This document shows positions 35,460 through 35,827 of a DNA stretch of 35,827 nt, in pieces. The stretch comes from an archaeon (GTDB lineage: Archaea > B1Sed10-29 > JAJSAI01). The notes under the pieces are model-generated. The model was given only the letters and a program-made list of their open reading frames with translations, did not search any database and was not told the origin of the DNA. Location of the stretch: NCBI GenBank assembly GCA_024274695.1, contig JAJSAI010000026.1, positions 1 through 35,827 on the forward strand. The letters run 5' to 3'. Both the position numbers and the translations under genes were made by a program. Position 1 is the first letter of the stretch. Each line of letters starts with the position of its first letter.

Positions 35460-35635
35460 ACTTTTCCCCAGGCGAAACCATTTATAAAGAGTAACGTTGA
35501 TACACTCCCAAGCACACCAGAAGTTTTTTGAACGATGAACGAAAAAACCCCTAAAATTGAGCGATTGACGTACCATGGATAGACGATTGTTATGCAGGGT
35601 ACCAAAACATTTATAAATGAATGGCATGTCATGTT

Positions 35636-35667
35636 CAAAAGACGTGGAGGGAGATCCACGTCTTTTG
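35636..35667 (+). promoter_or_regulatory. Perfect 13-bp stem-loop in the leader of the putative S-layer gene
   Basis: CAAAAGACGTGGA-GGGAGA-TCCACGTCTTTTG, starting 18 nt downstream of TTTATAAA (35610-35617). Confidence 0.7.
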
Positions 35668-35720
35668 TAAAAAAGAAAAAACATAGATCTTTGTGAACCG
35701 AATAAGAGGTGAAATGAAGC

Positions 35721-35827
35721 ATGAGGGTTATAAACACCAAGAGGATAGCCGCAATAGCAGCGGGAGCTGCTATGGTCGGTAGCGTACTTGCTACCTGGCT
35801 AGCCGTAGACAGGGTGGGAGACGTACA
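35721..35827 (+). CDS. Probable S-layer protein, N-terminal signal peptide (3' truncated by window)
   Basis: MRVINTKRIAAIAAGAAMVGSVLA resembles the KKIAAIAxGAAM S-layer signal; strong GAGGTGA SD at 35706-35712; long upstream region. Confidence 0.75.
   Translation, partial: MRVINTKRIAAIAAGAAMVGSVLATWLAVDRVGDV

Noticed and set aside
1-35827. CRISPR array or rRNA genes
   Set aside because: No regularly spaced direct repeats or rRNA-like segments seen; the window is almost fully protein coding

Overview
Archaeal chromosomal segment, probably from a DPANN-type lineage (inferred from gene content and compact intergenic regions). The backbone is the conserved informational gene neighbourhood csl4-rpoL-DUF99...pcna...priL-priS-gins...rpl44e-rps27e-aIF2alpha-nop10-PAC2, plus lonB, endoQ, udg, hisS, htpX/lemA, amrS and the start of an S-layer gene. 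Two accessory loci interrupt it, and both look like RiPP (ribosomally synthesised, post-translationally modified peptide) systems whose precursors are absent from the ORF track. (1) A sharply AT-rich island of about 7.7 kb between gins and rpl44e encodes a 29-aa peptide (MNKKKIWETPTIEEIDLTLYCCTPTDDEK), a stand-alone PqqD/RRE, a soluble S24/S26 peptidase, a radical SAM-SPASM enzyme, two GT4 glycosyltransferases, a DegT-type aminotransferase, a Gfo/Idh/MocA dehydrogenase and a NodU/TobZ carbamoyltransferase. (2) A 39-aa three-cysteine peptide overlaps the start of a radical SAM-SPASM-GNAT fusion gene. Separately, a tRNA-His(GTG) gene with a 45-nt T-loop intron lies wholly inside an AbrB/MraZ-like reading frame whose stop codon overlaps the hisS start codon. 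All calls come from manual motif reading; no database searches were run.
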